Shown here one piece after another: positions 9,713-19,971 of a stretch of 64,000 bases of DNA. The notes below the pieces were generated by a model, which saw only the letters and a list, made by a program, of their open reading frames with translations, had not been told where the DNA came from and made no database searches. Made by a program: the position numbers and the translations under genes. The first letter of the stretch is position 1, and each line of letters starts with the position of its first letter. Origin of the DNA: Nitrosopumilus sp. (lineage in GTDB: Archaea > Thermoproteota > Nitrososphaeria > Nitrososphaerales > Nitrosopumilaceae); assembly GCA_965203315.1 (NCBI GenBank), contig OZ241857.1, positions 1,696,001 through 1,760,000 on the forward strand, in the 5' to 3' direction.

Positions 9713-10759
9713 CTAAACTGGTGTCAACGGCGTATATCGTAGTCCATCCATCTCATCAAAGCCACACATAACATTCATGTTCTGTATAGCAGATCCTGCA
9801 GCTCCTTTCATCAGATTGTCTGATGCAGAGAGTGCAACAAGTCTGTGATTGTCTTGATCTAAATCAAATCCAATATCACAAAAGTTTGATCCTACCAAAA
9901 ACTTTGGATCTGGAAATTTGTATAGTCCTTTCTTGTCTCTGATCAATCTTACAAACTTTTCGTCACCATATGCGCTACGGTACAACTTCCACAGCTCTTT
10001 CTCATCAACGTCTCTCTTCATAAATGTGTGATTTGTACACAATATTCCACGAACAACGTCTACAGCGTGTGGACTCATAGACACTTGAATCTTCTTTTTT
10101 GCAATCTGACTGAGTTCTTGTTCTATTTCACCGGTGTGTCTATGTTTTGCAGGTTTGTATGGTCTAATGACACCGGCTCTCATCGCATGTGCAGATCCAG
10201 ATCCAGAGCCTGCACCAGAAGAACCAATCTTGGAATCAACGATGATATGTTCTATATCTATTATATCGTCTCTTATTAGAGGAGCAATAGCAAGTATCGA
10301 TGTTACTGCCATACATCCGGGACAAGATACCAACTTTGCATTTTTGATCTCTTCTCGATGAAGCTCAGGAACACCATATACTGAATTTGAAAGATACTCT
10401 GGATGTGGATGCTCCCATCCATACCATTTATCATATGCTGTTTGATCATGTAGTCTATAATCTGCACTAAGATCAATTACCTTTACATCTCTATCGTATA
10501 GTGCTTTTACTATCTCTGTTGCTGTGCCATGTGGAACAGCCGTAAAAACTAGATCACAACTATCTGAGATTCTATCATAATCCAACTCTGAGAAGGTTAG
10601 ATCGGTAAATCCCTTCAAACTAGGTTGAACTCGATGTAGGTACTCGCCCACATGCTGTCGTGATGTTACTGCACCTATCTCTATCTTTGGATGGTTCACT
10701 AAAAGCCGTATGGTCTCACCACCTACATATCCAGACGCTCCGACAACACCTACCTTCAT
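9713..10759 (-). CDS. lysY: [LysW]-aminoadipyl/glutamyl-phosphate reductase (ArgC family)
   Basis: GASGYVG, CPGC, DNLMKGAAGSA. Confidence 0.92.
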   Translation of the reverse strand: MKVGVVGASGYVGGETIRLLVNHPKIEIGAVTSRQHVGEYLHRVQPSLKGFTDLTFSELDYDRISDSCDLVFTAVPHGTATEIVKALYDRDVKVIDLSADYRLHDQTAYDKWYGWEHPHPEYLSNSVYGVPELHREEIKNAKLVSCPGCMAVTSILAIAPLIRDDIIDIEHIIVDSKIGSSGAGSGSGSAHAMRAGVIRPYKPAKHRHTGEIEQELSQIAKKKIQVSMSPHAVDVVRGILCTNHTFMKRDVDEKELWKLYRSAYGDEKFVRLIRDKKGLYKFPDPKFLVGSNFCDIGFDLDQDNHRLVALSASDNLMKGAAGSAIQNMNVMCGFDEMDGLRYTPLTPV

Positions 10760-11155
10760 AACGTTTTATCACTTGATGTGTAATTTAATTCGTTATTATG
10801 TATTGTGTATTATGTACTCTATTGTATGACTTGTACGGAGAGAGACTTGATCCAAAATTAGACAGATACATTTTGACCTAGAGAAAAGCGATCTGTAGAC
10901 ACTATCTGATCTGCTCTATCTTTTTGTATTGTCTGGGGCATATCAGATACTGTTGTGTCAGATACTATATCTGGCTTGTCTCTTTCATCCGACAGATTCA
11001 CTTTCTACATTTTACCGCTCATTCTATTCTGTATGATGTATGTCTGATTGTGTATCGAGTTTAGTCATTTGACTTGAGTAAACCACTTTTGTACTATACC
11101 CACAATAAACACTATGTTTTTAATAGTGAATATATTTTGAATATTGATATAATAT

Positions 11156-11890
11156 ATGCCACAGAGTAAGAAGAGTTTTAGACTCAGTCCATCAAAGTAT
11201 GTGACATATGATATGTGTCCTTTAAAGTTTCAGTATCAATATATTGACCAAGAGCCAACCGAGCCATCACCTCATTTGGAGCTAGGTAATGTAATACACA
11301 ACACTATAGAGGAATTGGAAGAACTCGAAGAGGTCACGGAACGTATCGCATTAAAATATCTAAACAAAAATCTTAAAGCGACAGATCTGATTAAAAGTAA
11401 AAAAGAGTTTAAAGACAGAGCCAAAAAAATGCTCAAAAAATATTTAGAATGGTCAAAGGAAAATACAGATAACGCTACGGTAGACGTTGAGGTCTGGTTT
11501 GATCTAAAAAGACCTACCCATATTAAAGGTAGAATAGATCGAGTAGAAGAGACTCCAAAAGGCAATATCGAGATAATCGATTACAAGACGGGAAAAACTA
11601 GCCTCAACAAAAAGACCATTCGAAAAGATATTCAGATGAATATGTATGCTATTGGTGCAAAAAAGTTGTACCGTAAAACTCCAACAGCTGCTTCTGTATT
11701 ATACCTAAAGACAGGCAGGATGGTCAGATATAATATTACCAATAAATCCCTTGAGGTATTTCGTAAGAGACTTGACAAGATGACAAAGTCTATCAACAAA
11801 TCGATCAAGAACAATGATTTTAAGGCCAAGCCAGGATATTGGTGTCGCTTTTGTGATTATGCTGATATATGTGAGTACAATCCATACTAG
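11156..11890 (+). CDS. RecB/Cas4-like PD-(D/E)XK nuclease with predicted 4Fe-4S ligands
   Basis: LSPS..CP, G..IH..IE, GRIDR, IIDYKTG, Q..MY and C-terminal CxxCxxxxxC. Confidence 0.85.
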   Translation: MPQSKKSFRLSPSKYVTYDMCPLKFQYQYIDQEPTEPSPHLELGNVIHNTIEELEELEEVTERIALKYLNKNLKATDLIKSKKEFKDRAKKMLKKYLEWSKENTDNATVDVEVWFDLKRPTHIKGRIDRVEETPKGNIEIIDYKTGKTSLNKKTIRKDIQMNMYAIGAKKLYRKTPTAASVLYLKTGRMVRYNITNKSLEVFRKRLDKMTKSINKSIKNNDFKAKPGYWCRFCDYADICEYNPY

Positions 11891-11934
11891 ACAATAATAA
11901 AAACACAACTATGCCATCGAAAATATCCATGTGA

Positions 11935-12136
11935 ATTCTTTATAAAGGTTTTAGCGATTTTCAGTCTTTGGTCCATAGTTTACACTAGGAATGTATTCCT
12001 CACGATCACAGGACTTCGGACATATATCCATTCGAGCCAGTTACGCTCAGTATCATCTTGGTCCTTTTATCAAAATCTGTCCATTTATTTTTCAGTGGCT
12101 CTCCCACAATATTCGACCGGACCGTTACGATTTTGA
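11935..12136 (-). ncRNA. Putative IS110 bridge/seek RNA
   Basis: Two stem-internal loop-hairpin units read by eye just downstream of the recombinase stop codon; loop strands match the inferred junctions. Confidence 0.65.
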
Positions 12137-13249
12137 CTATGACACAACAAACTTTCTATCCTCTGCTAACACACAATATATCACTCGAAGTAATTTGGCA
12201 GCAGCTGCAACTGTTGCCTTGCTTGTACCGCGTTTCTTTGCAAGTTTATAGTAAAATCTAGAAATGTTTGTATCTGTATGTCTGACGTGTACATGTACTG
12301 CTTCAGTTAGAATCCATCTTAGCATACGACTACCACGTTTGGTTATATGACCATGAATCACTTTATCTGCAGAGTTTCGTACTGATGGAACTAGTCCTGC
12401 ATATGCGCATAGTTTATCTGATCCATGAAATCTTTTGATATCTCCTATCTCTGCCGCAATTACAAGTGCACTGTAATTGCCTATGCCTGGAATTGTTTTC
12501 AAGAGTGCTGCATATCTTGTTTTATCTACTTTGGTCGCTATTTTGATATCATCTTCAAGAATCTCTTTGTTACAAAATTCTATTGATCTCAGATAAGACT
12601 CTATACGATAGTCTCCAAGTTGTTGTAATTTCTTGATGTATTGCTTAGAAAATGGATTACCATCTATCTTTATCCCACTCTGTAGTATTATTCCATGTAT
12701 TAGATTCTTGTATCTTGTTCTATCTCTCACATATCTCTGTCTATGTCGTACCAGTTGTTTTGATTCAATAGTATCTAGATCCGATACATAACACTCTGGA
12801 ATGTAATTGAGTCTGAGTAGGTCTGCCAGTGTCCATGCATCTACCTTGTCTGTCTTTTTCTTTGATGCAGCTATCGCTCTAGTTTGGTATGGATTCGACA
12901 ACACTACATTAAATCCCAATTCATCTACCAAGTATCTAAACAGTCCATACCAGACTGACGATGACTCTAGAACACACTTTGTCTTGTCTCTAGAAAACTG
13001 TGCAAAGAACCTTTTGATACTGTCATGATCTGTAGCAACACGTTCATTGAGCAAACGCTTACCATCCTCATCAACTGCTGCAACCTGTAGAAACTTTTTG
13101 TGAGCGTCTATTCCAACGTATATCATCTTACTTTTACTTTTTTTCTGGGTAATCTGTTTGTTTGCATTTTTAGATCGATTTACAGGTGATCGCTTGGATC
13201 GACTTGCATGCTTGGTATCATCTGAATTTGCTTTGATCGATTTCTTCAC
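12137..13249 (-). CDS. IS110-family DEDD recombinase/transposase, apparently intact
   Basis: YVGIDAHK, VLESS, KTDKVDA (DEDD), TIPGIG, AEIGD..RF, YAGLVPSVRNS, I.K.G...LRW.L. Confidence 0.95.
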   Translation of the reverse strand: MKKSIKANSDDTKHASRSKRSPVNRSKNANKQITQKKSKSKMIYVGIDAHKKFLQVAAVDEDGKRLLNERVATDHDSIKRFFAQFSRDKTKCVLESSSVWYGLFRYLVDELGFNVVLSNPYQTRAIAASKKKTDKVDAWTLADLLRLNYIPECYVSDLDTIESKQLVRHRQRYVRDRTRYKNLIHGIILQSGIKIDGNPFSKQYIKKLQQLGDYRIESYLRSIEFCNKEILEDDIKIATKVDKTRYAALLKTIPGIGNYSALVIAAEIGDIKRFHGSDKLCAYAGLVPSVRNSADKVIHGHITKRGSRMLRWILTEAVHVHVRHTDTNISRFYYKLAKKRGTSKATVAAAAKLLRVIYCVLAEDRKFVVS

Positions 13250-13257
13250 ATATGTTT

Positions 13258-13363
13258 ATTTTTGTGCCACGTGTGTGATTTGGACTATTACATTTATACG
13301 GAGTTTTAATATTTTTGTGCCACGTGTGTGATTTGGACTATTACATTTATACGGAGTTTTAAT
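13258..13363. repeat. Perfect 53-bp tandem duplication just upstream of the transposase
   Basis: Units 13258-13310 and 13311-13363 are identical; each has TATAAAT on the minus strand. Confidence 0.95.
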
Positions 13364-13769
13364 ATGTATGCAGATCTATAAATTCACAACACATTGTAAA
13401 TTTACCTCTAGACTATCAAATATTTCGTCAATAACTTTAATCAATATTCAACTAAACAAGAGATATGCATAATGGTGAGAGTGTGTTTTGGTTTATGCTA
13501 AGATGATCGTGCTAAGTATCATGCCTAGCATATCATTCGTTAAGAAATCGACCACATATGTCTCTTGGAAAAGGTAGATTTGAAACGCCACATGAAACAT
13601 TTAATCGAAAGATACCAAAAAAGGAAACGTCCACTGTAGAGTCGTCTGGAGATGAATATCGTGTCAAATGATATGGTGAACGATTTTTATTTCACACTAT
13701 TCATGTGGATAACAGAGCGCTAATAGAGTGATCAATTTAACAAAAAATTCATGTCAGAGTAATGATCTG

Positions 13770-14621
13770 TCATTTTTTAATATAATTTAATGCAAAGTTG
13801 ATCATCTCTCTTGGAATGTCTCGTTTTGCAACCTTTGCTAATCCTTTAAACTCAACTGTATTGTTTACTTCATGTACGACCAGGCCTCGCTCTTTATCTT
13901 CCATCATATCTATGCCTAATATTCCACCTCCCACAGCATCTGCTGCTTTTATTGCAATCTCTTCTATCTCTTTTGTGATCTCGCATCTTTCTGGATCTCC
14001 ACCTAACGCAACGTTTGTTTTAAAATCACCTGCAGATCTACGATACATGGCCGCTACTGCTTCATCTCCAACTGTGATGACCCTGATATCTCTTGGCGGT
14101 CTATCTATAAGCTCTTGCAGATAGTATATTCTATCGTATGGTCCATCAGTTACATCACGTATCTCGATAATTGCATCTATTGTATCTCTATCCTTGATGG
14201 GCATTACTCCTCGACCCCAACTCCCGATGACTGGTTTAATGACTACCGGATACCCCATATTCTCAATGACATCGATTGCGCCTAAACTAGAGAATGCAAA
14301 TTTTGTCGTGGGCGTTGGCACATTGTGTTTTTTTAGACACAACGTTACGAACATCTTGTTTCCACATATACTTGCTACCTCGAGTCTATTCAATACAGGC
14401 ATGTCGATAAACTCTAGACTAGCTGTAAAGTGTAATCCTCTAAAGTAACTAACACATCGCTCAATCGCTATATCTCCTAACGAGTCATTCTTGCTATCAG
14501 TACTCATCTCTGTCGTCTTGGCGTCTAGCATTTGTACATTACAACCTAGGTCTACAGCTGCATTTTGGAGCATCTTCTCCTCTGTTCTGATTCGGTCAAA
14601 GACGATACAGATCTTTGGCAT
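13770..14621 (-). CDS. lysX: LysX/ArgX ATP-grasp ligase (RimK family)
   Basis: KPVIGSWGRG, RDIRV, KTNVALGG, HEVNNTVEF. Confidence 0.92.
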   Translation of the reverse strand: MPKICIVFDRIRTEEKMLQNAAVDLGCNVQMLDAKTTEMSTDSKNDSLGDIAIERCVSYFRGLHFTASLEFIDMPVLNRLEVASICGNKMFVTLCLKKHNVPTPTTKFAFSSLGAIDVIENMGYPVVIKPVIGSWGRGVMPIKDRDTIDAIIEIRDVTDGPYDRIYYLQELIDRPPRDIRVITVGDEAVAAMYRRSAGDFKTNVALGGDPERCEITKEIEEIAIKAADAVGGGILGIDMMEDKERGLVVHEVNNTVEFKGLAKVAKRDIPREMINFALNYIKK

Positions 14622-14788
14622 TACTCTCCCCAGTCTTCACCTACGCTCTCTGCATGCTTTATCTCTGTGTTGGCACCATCTCTCTTTGTTATCTCAAAGT
14701 CGGCACCACAATCATAACAAGAGATAATTTCACCAACTGAGGCATCGTCTGGAATATTCATCGTCGCATCACATTCTGGACAGTTCAT
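14621..14788 (-). CDS. lysW: LysW amino-group carrier protein (absent from ORF track)
   Basis: Manual translation MNCPECDAT...SCYDCG...VGEDWGE* with diagnostic C-terminal EDWGE. Confidence 0.95.
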   Translation of the reverse strand: MNCPECDATMNIPDDASVGEIISCYDCGADFEITKRDGANTEIKHAESVGEDWGE

Positions 14789-15984
14789 GTTTTTGTTTGC
14801 CTCCTCTTTTGTAATTTATTCGCTTCTGTTGTCTGTAATCCCCATAACTCTACGAATCCCTTTGCTAGCCTCTGATCAAATGTAGACTCTGTTCCATATG
14901 TAGCAATATCGCGCTTGTACAACGCGTATTCTGATTTACGACCTACAACTCTTAAACTGCCCTTGTACATCTTTAACTTTACAGTTCCAGATACAACTTG
15001 TTGAGACTCTCGGATAAATGCATCCAAGTCTACTCTTAATGGATCCTGCCATAGTCCCGAGTATACGAGATGTGCCCACTCGTCATCTATTGTAACTTTG
15101 AATCGATTTTCGTGTTTTGTGTGAACCATCTTCTCTAGGTCAGTGTGAGCTGTGATGAGGCATGTAGCTGCTGGCGTCTCATATACCTCTCGTGACTTTA
15201 TTCCTACAACTCTGTCTTCTATATGATCAACGATTCCTACTCCTGACTCTCCTGCCTTGCGGTTGATGTACTCGATCAATCTCTGTAGATTCATTGCTTT
15301 ATTATCGACTGTCACTGGGACTCCTTGCTTGAACTTTATTGTTAGATATGTTGGTTTGTCTGGAAGATCTCTGGTCTTGACCCAGATAAAGGCATCATCT
15401 GGAGGTTCACTGTACGGATCCTCTAATACTCCACCTTCGATTGCACGTCCCCACAAGTTTTGATCTATGCTGAACTTTTTTGCAACATTGTCAATCTCTA
15501 TTCCATGATGTCTTGCAAACTCTAGTTCTGTATCACGATCTAGATTCTTATCTCGAATTGGTGCTATTATTGGAAGATCAGATCCAGATCGTAACGTTAG
15601 ATCAAATCTTACTTGATCATTTCCCTTGCCTGAACATCCATGCGCTAATGCGGCAACGTCTTCTTTTACTGCGATCTCTAATACTTTCTCTGCGATCAGC
15701 GGTCTCGCAAGTGCAGTAGCTAAACAATATTCTCTTTGATATAGAGCATTTGCTTTTATTGCTGGTGTAATGTAATCACTTGCAAACTCTGCTTTTGCAT
15801 CAATATTGTAATGACGCTTTACTCCGAGCTTTTTTGCTTTCTTTGCGATCTCACGCTTGTCTTCACCCTGACCCACATCAACCGTGACTGTAATTACATC
15901 CATGTCGTGCTCTTCTTGGAGGTACTTTACAACAACTGATGTGTCTAGACCTCCCGAAAACGCAAGAATTCCTTTTTGTGTCAT
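14785..15984 (-). CDS. argG: Argininosuccinate synthase
   Basis: LAFSGGLDTS, HGCSGKGNDQVRF, SREVYETP. Confidence 0.96.
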   Translation of the reverse strand: MTQKGILAFSGGLDTSVVVKYLQEEHDMDVITVTVDVGQGEDKREIAKKAKKLGVKRHYNIDAKAEFASDYITPAIKANALYQREYCLATALARPLIAEKVLEIAVKEDVAALAHGCSGKGNDQVRFDLTLRSGSDLPIIAPIRDKNLDRDTELEFARHHGIEIDNVAKKFSIDQNLWGRAIEGGVLEDPYSEPPDDAFIWVKTRDLPDKPTYLTIKFKQGVPVTVDNKAMNLQRLIEYINRKAGESGVGIVDHIEDRVVGIKSREVYETPAATCLITAHTDLEKMVHTKHENRFKVTIDDEWAHLVYSGLWQDPLRVDLDAFIRESQQVVSGTVKLKMYKGSLRVVGRKSEYALYKRDIATYGTESTFDQRLAKGFVELWGLQTTEANKLQKRRQTKT

Positions 15985-16134
15985 AAAACACAATTACGGA
16001 TATATTTTTAGAATTTATCTTTTGTGTATTCTTGTGTCTACTGTGTTGTGTCTGTTGTGTTGTGTCTGCTGATGTTGAACTGGTAGACGTTCAGACTTTT
16101 TCAAATATAAATAACATCAAAAGTACGATATACT

Positions 16135-16347
16135 ATGGGTATTGTGTCCAAAGGCGCAAAGTGTAACGTTGATGGATGTACAGATGACGGCGCTAGATCG
16201 TTGAATACATCCAAAGTTGAGAGTGCTGGTCTTCGCGTAAACTCGTCTGGAAAAAAGACTGTTCTATGTAAGACTCATTACAAAGAATGGAAGAAAGAGT
16301 CTAAAGGCGATCGTGATCTAGAACGTGCGAGATTTGATAGATTTTAA
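16135..16347 (+). CDS. Small putative Zn-binding protein
   Basis: C.VDGC...LCK.HY pattern; TATA-like ATATAAATA upstream. Confidence 0.65.
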   Translation: MGIVSKGAKCNVDGCTDDGARSLNTSKVESAGLRVNSSGKKTVLCKTHYKEWKKESKGDRDLERARFDRF

Positions 16348-17411
16348 CTCTTTACTGGATTTTGTGTATAGTCTTCAACGAGCTTTTGATATATTTCGCC
16401 TATCTTTGAATAGAGACGCTTTGATCTGCGTGGCTTTTGATTGCTGAGTGCATATAGTGCCAATATTGGAAATGCGATAGTTGTGTCAGCATATACTGTA
16501 ACTATGCCTTGATGCGAGTCTTGGATTTTGCCCCAACTCTTACCTTCTTGAAGTGTTGCTCCAGATAGTCCTCCTGTATCTGGTCTAGCATCAGTTATCT
16601 GAATGATATAGTCTTGTCCGCCATCATTTCGCCTCAAGATCTGATCGAGGAGTGGCCCTGTCTGCTGTGCCATATTCTTTGGTACTCCTCCTCCCAACTC
16701 CAATATGCCTGATTTTGTAGAACTGTATAGTATTGCAGCCTGCTCTAATATCTCTCGTACAAAGTCAAGATTGTACTTTTTTCCAGCAAGTCTGTGTATT
16801 GCTAAATTTAACGCTAGTGATGAGTCTTTGATGGTTGAGATGTATACTGGAACATCCTGGTCATATGCAGCAACTATAAAACTCTGATCTGGATGTTTGG
16901 CATTGTTCTTACTCAGGTATCCCATCTTGTTACAAAATTCTGCAGTTGTAAATGGTTTATCAGTAAAATCGGCAAACATCTTTTGAACGACTTGATCTTG
17001 AGCCTCAAGGGTCTCATAGAATTTGATATATACGTCACGAATTCTAACTATCTCGTTCTCGTACAGCTTCATGTCGTCTACATTGAAACTACCTTGCTTG
17101 ATTGGTAATCCCCATGCAAAGTGGTCTTCATGATATACATTTGCACCAGTAGTAATTATCCAATCTACAAATCCACGTTCAATTAACGTCTTGATTATGC
17201 CACCAAAACCTACTGGCGTCATCGCACCTGATACACTGAGACAGATAGTTGCATCTTCTTGTATCATAGTTGCATACAACTTTGCAGCCTCACCTAAACT
17301 TCTACCATTGAATCCAGATCTTGCATACACCTCTACCAACTGTTCTATTGTCATGTCGGGTTCAAGTGATATGTGTGGTATGTCATTTCCATAAAATTTA
17401 TGTGGATCCAA
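16344..17411 (-). CDS. Deoxyhypusine synthase family protein
   Basis: ITTGAN, GGGVPKN, GGLSGATLQEGKSWGK. Confidence 0.9.
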   Translation of the reverse strand: MDPHKFYGNDIPHISLEPDMTIEQLVEVYARSGFNGRSLGEAAKLYATMIQEDATICLSVSGAMTPVGFGGIIKTLIERGFVDWIITTGANVYHEDHFAWGLPIKQGSFNVDDMKLYENEIVRIRDVYIKFYETLEAQDQVVQKMFADFTDKPFTTAEFCNKMGYLSKNNAKHPDQSFIVAAYDQDVPVYISTIKDSSLALNLAIHRLAGKKYNLDFVREILEQAAILYSSTKSGILELGGGVPKNMAQQTGPLLDQILRRNDGGQDYIIQITDARPDTGGLSGATLQEGKSWGKIQDSHQGIVTVYADTTIAFPILALYALSNQKPRRSKRLYSKIGEIYQKLVEDYTQNPVKS

Positions 17412-17523
17412 CTAGAAACAAAAAAGTCCATACAGTAAATAATACTTGCTGATCAAACTTGCATCTCATGTACTCATATCTGATGCTCTAAAACATTATT
17501 TGTATGAGTATGTCTGTATATGC

Positions 17524-17859
17524 ATGAAGATTATCGAACTTGATTCTAATCGTATATCAAAACAACCAGATGAGACGAGTGTTATCTTGTCTACTAGTTT
17601 ACATCATGAAGAACATGTCATAAACCGAGTTGAACTTCGTCTATATGTGGAACACACTGATGTCAAGCATGGTCAACACTATCTGATCACATCGTTTGTT
17701 GATACCGATATAGGATCAGTTGAGATGATATATGATGAAGGATTTTTAGGTCAGGATCCACTAGTACGCGCAACTAACTTTCTGACATCCACACTAGGAA
17801 TCTCTAGTCTCATTCTCCGCTCACTAATATCGTTACATGACAGAGCTAACAACGTCTGA
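17524..17859 (+). CDS. Hypothetical protein
   Basis: ORF; ATG at 17524 preferred. Confidence 0.6.
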   Translation: MKIIELDSNRISKQPDETSVILSTSLHHEEHVINRVELRLYVEHTDVKHGQHYLITSFVDTDIGSVEMIYDEGFLGQDPLVRATNFLTSTLGISSLILRSLISLHDRANNV

Positions 17860-18087
17860 CCGCTCGGTCTAGTTACTATGTATCGTTATATCGATCTAGT
17901 GTAAGTTGTATCTGATATCATCGATGTTAATTCAAGCTGCATTCTATTCTGGACTATGGTGGTGGCTTACTGTATGTGTTACTTTTTAATTGATACGATC
18001 CTTGACTACATGTTCACTGTACTAGGCAGATATACTCATGTCAGAAAATATCAAAAAGTTTAATTCAATTATACTCTGTGTCAATTT

Positions 18088-19965
18088 ATGAGAATATTGC
18101 AACTTCACTGTGACAGTATTGAATACACTCCAATCAAGAAGGAGATCAAGATCGCTAAAGATCTTACAGATACTCAAACATGTCATCTAGATGAAGTCGT
18201 AGTTGCATTTATCTCGATTGAGAGAGGTGACAACTCGAATGTTGTTCAAGATGCAGTATCGCAGATCACAGAGTCTATGAATAAGGTTGGCTGTCGGCAT
18301 CTACTACTTTATCCATACGCCCATCTGAGCTCCGACCTTGCTAGTCCAGGTCACGCGATAAAACTGTTGGATGAGATGGAAAAGGCTACATTCGACCTTG
18401 ATGTCTCTTGCGCACCTTTTGGTTGGACCAAGTCATATAATATCAAAGTCAAGGGGCATCCATTAGCAGAGACATCCAAGGTGATATCATCTAGTTCCGT
18501 AACATCTCATGAATCTGTTGACACGCAAGAAGATACATCAACTGCGCTACAACACGAGTCTACAATTCAATCGTCGTGGAAGATAATGACTCCTGATGGT
18601 GTAATGGTTGACATTGATCAATTTGATTTCACAAACCACAAGAAACTAGAAAAGCTTGCCAAGTACGAGTCTGAAAAATCAAGAAATGTCGATGAAGCGC
18701 CGCCGCATGTGTCGCTGATGAAGAAGCTTGGAATTGCAGATTATGAATCTGCATCTGATTCTGGTAATATGAGATTCTTTCCAAATGGTCGACTGATCAA
18801 GTCCTTGATAGAACGTTATGTAACAGATAGGGTAAAAGAGTATGGTGGCTCCGAAGTGGAGACGCCAATCATGTACGACTCGGAGCACCCAAGCATGGTC
18901 AGTTACTTTAATCGTTTTCCTGCAAGACAGTATAGTATTGATTCAGAGGGAAAACGACTCTTTCTTCGTTTTGCAGCATGTTTTGGTCAGTTTTTAATGG
19001 CAAACCACTTTCAACTATCGTACAAAAATCTGCCGTACAAATTGTACGAGCTGACACGGTATAGTTTTAGACGTGAACAGTCAGGTGAGCTGGTAGGACT
19101 GCGACGCTTACGTGCATTTACCATGCCCGACTGTCATGCATTTTGTGCAGATATGCAACAAGCGATATCTGAACTACGTAAAAGATTTATTCTATCTCAA
19201 AGCGTTCTAGATAATCTAGGTATTGAGCGATCTGACTATGAGATGGCCATACGGTTTACTGAAGATTTTTACAACGAAAATCACCAAATGATCGAGGATA
19301 TGATAAAGCAACACAACAGACCAGTATTAGTCGAGATGTGGAAAGAAAAGTTCTTCTACTTTGTACTAAAGTGGGAGTTTAACTTTATCGACAATATGGG
19401 AAAGGCATCGGCTCTCTCTACTGATCAAATAGACGTAGAGAATGGTGCAAGATATGGAATAGAGTTTGCGAACGAGAATAACATTATGATAAATCCAATA
19501 ATACTACACAACTCTCCTAGTGGCGCTATTGAGCGAATAATTTATGCATTGTTGGAAAAGGCAGCGTCAGATACAAGCCAAGGACAAAAACCACAACTGC
19601 CATTGTGGTTAGCGCCAACACAAATCCGTATAATTCCTATAACTGAAGAGTTTAATGACTATTGTGAAAAGTTGGTTCAAAGACTGACTGCCGAGAACAT
19701 TCGAGTTGATATGGATGAACGCAATGAGAGTATAGGCAAGCGAATTCGAGATGCTGAGAAAGAGTGGATACAATATATTCTTGTGATAGGCAAGCGCGAG
19801 ATCGAGTCTACCAATCTTAGTATTCGAGATAGACAGATGGGTACTGTACGTAACATTACATTTGATGATCTCTTGGGTGAGATTCGAGCAAAGACTGCTA
19901 ACAAACCATACACCATGCTTAATTTACCATATTTGCTCTCAAAAAGACCACAGATAATGGTTTGA
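18088..19965 (+). CDS. thrS: Threonyl-tRNA synthetase (archaeal editing domain)
   Basis: MRILQLH, YPYAHLS, APFGW.K, LRFAAC, SFRREQSGE, GAIER. Confidence 0.97.
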   Translation: MRILQLHCDSIEYTPIKKEIKIAKDLTDTQTCHLDEVVVAFISIERGDNSNVVQDAVSQITESMNKVGCRHLLLYPYAHLSSDLASPGHAIKLLDEMEKATFDLDVSCAPFGWTKSYNIKVKGHPLAETSKVISSSSVTSHESVDTQEDTSTALQHESTIQSSWKIMTPDGVMVDIDQFDFTNHKKLEKLAKYESEKSRNVDEAPPHVSLMKKLGIADYESASDSGNMRFFPNGRLIKSLIERYVTDRVKEYGGSEVETPIMYDSEHPSMVSYFNRFPARQYSIDSEGKRLFLRFAACFGQFLMANHFQLSYKNLPYKLYELTRYSFRREQSGELVGLRRLRAFTMPDCHAFCADMQQAISELRKRFILSQSVLDNLGIERSDYEMAIRFTEDFYNENHQMIEDMIKQHNRPVLVEMWKEKFFYFVLKWEFNFIDNMGKASALSTDQIDVENGARYGIEFANENNIMINPIILHNSPSGAIERIIYALLEKAASDTSQGQKPQLPLWLAPTQIRIIPITEEFNDYCEKLVQRLTAENIRVDMDERNESIGKRIRDAEKEWIQYILVIGKREIESTNLSIRDRQMGTVRNITFDDLLGEIRAKTANKPYTMLNLPYLLSKRPQIMV

Positions 19966-19971
19966 TACAAT

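Larger units (their letters stand above)
11923..13507 (-). mobile_element. IS110-family insertion sequence, IS1111-like layout; ends inferred
   Basis: Ends inferred from guide/junction matches around an AT core (11923-11924 and 13506-13507); alternative far end at 13683-13684. Confidence 0.6.

Noticed and set aside
10837-10990. GGAGAGAGAC...GTCTCTTTCATCC bounded segment as a MITE
   Set aside because: Too degenerate to support by eye
13258-13363. Possible CRISPR or TIGR-like array beside IS110 and the Cas4-like gene
   Set aside because: Only two identical abutting units, with no variable spacers
13699-13711. 11/13 inverted match to 11924-11936 as an IS1111 sub-terminal repeat
   Set aside because: Weak in AT-rich DNA and outside both guide-predicted ends
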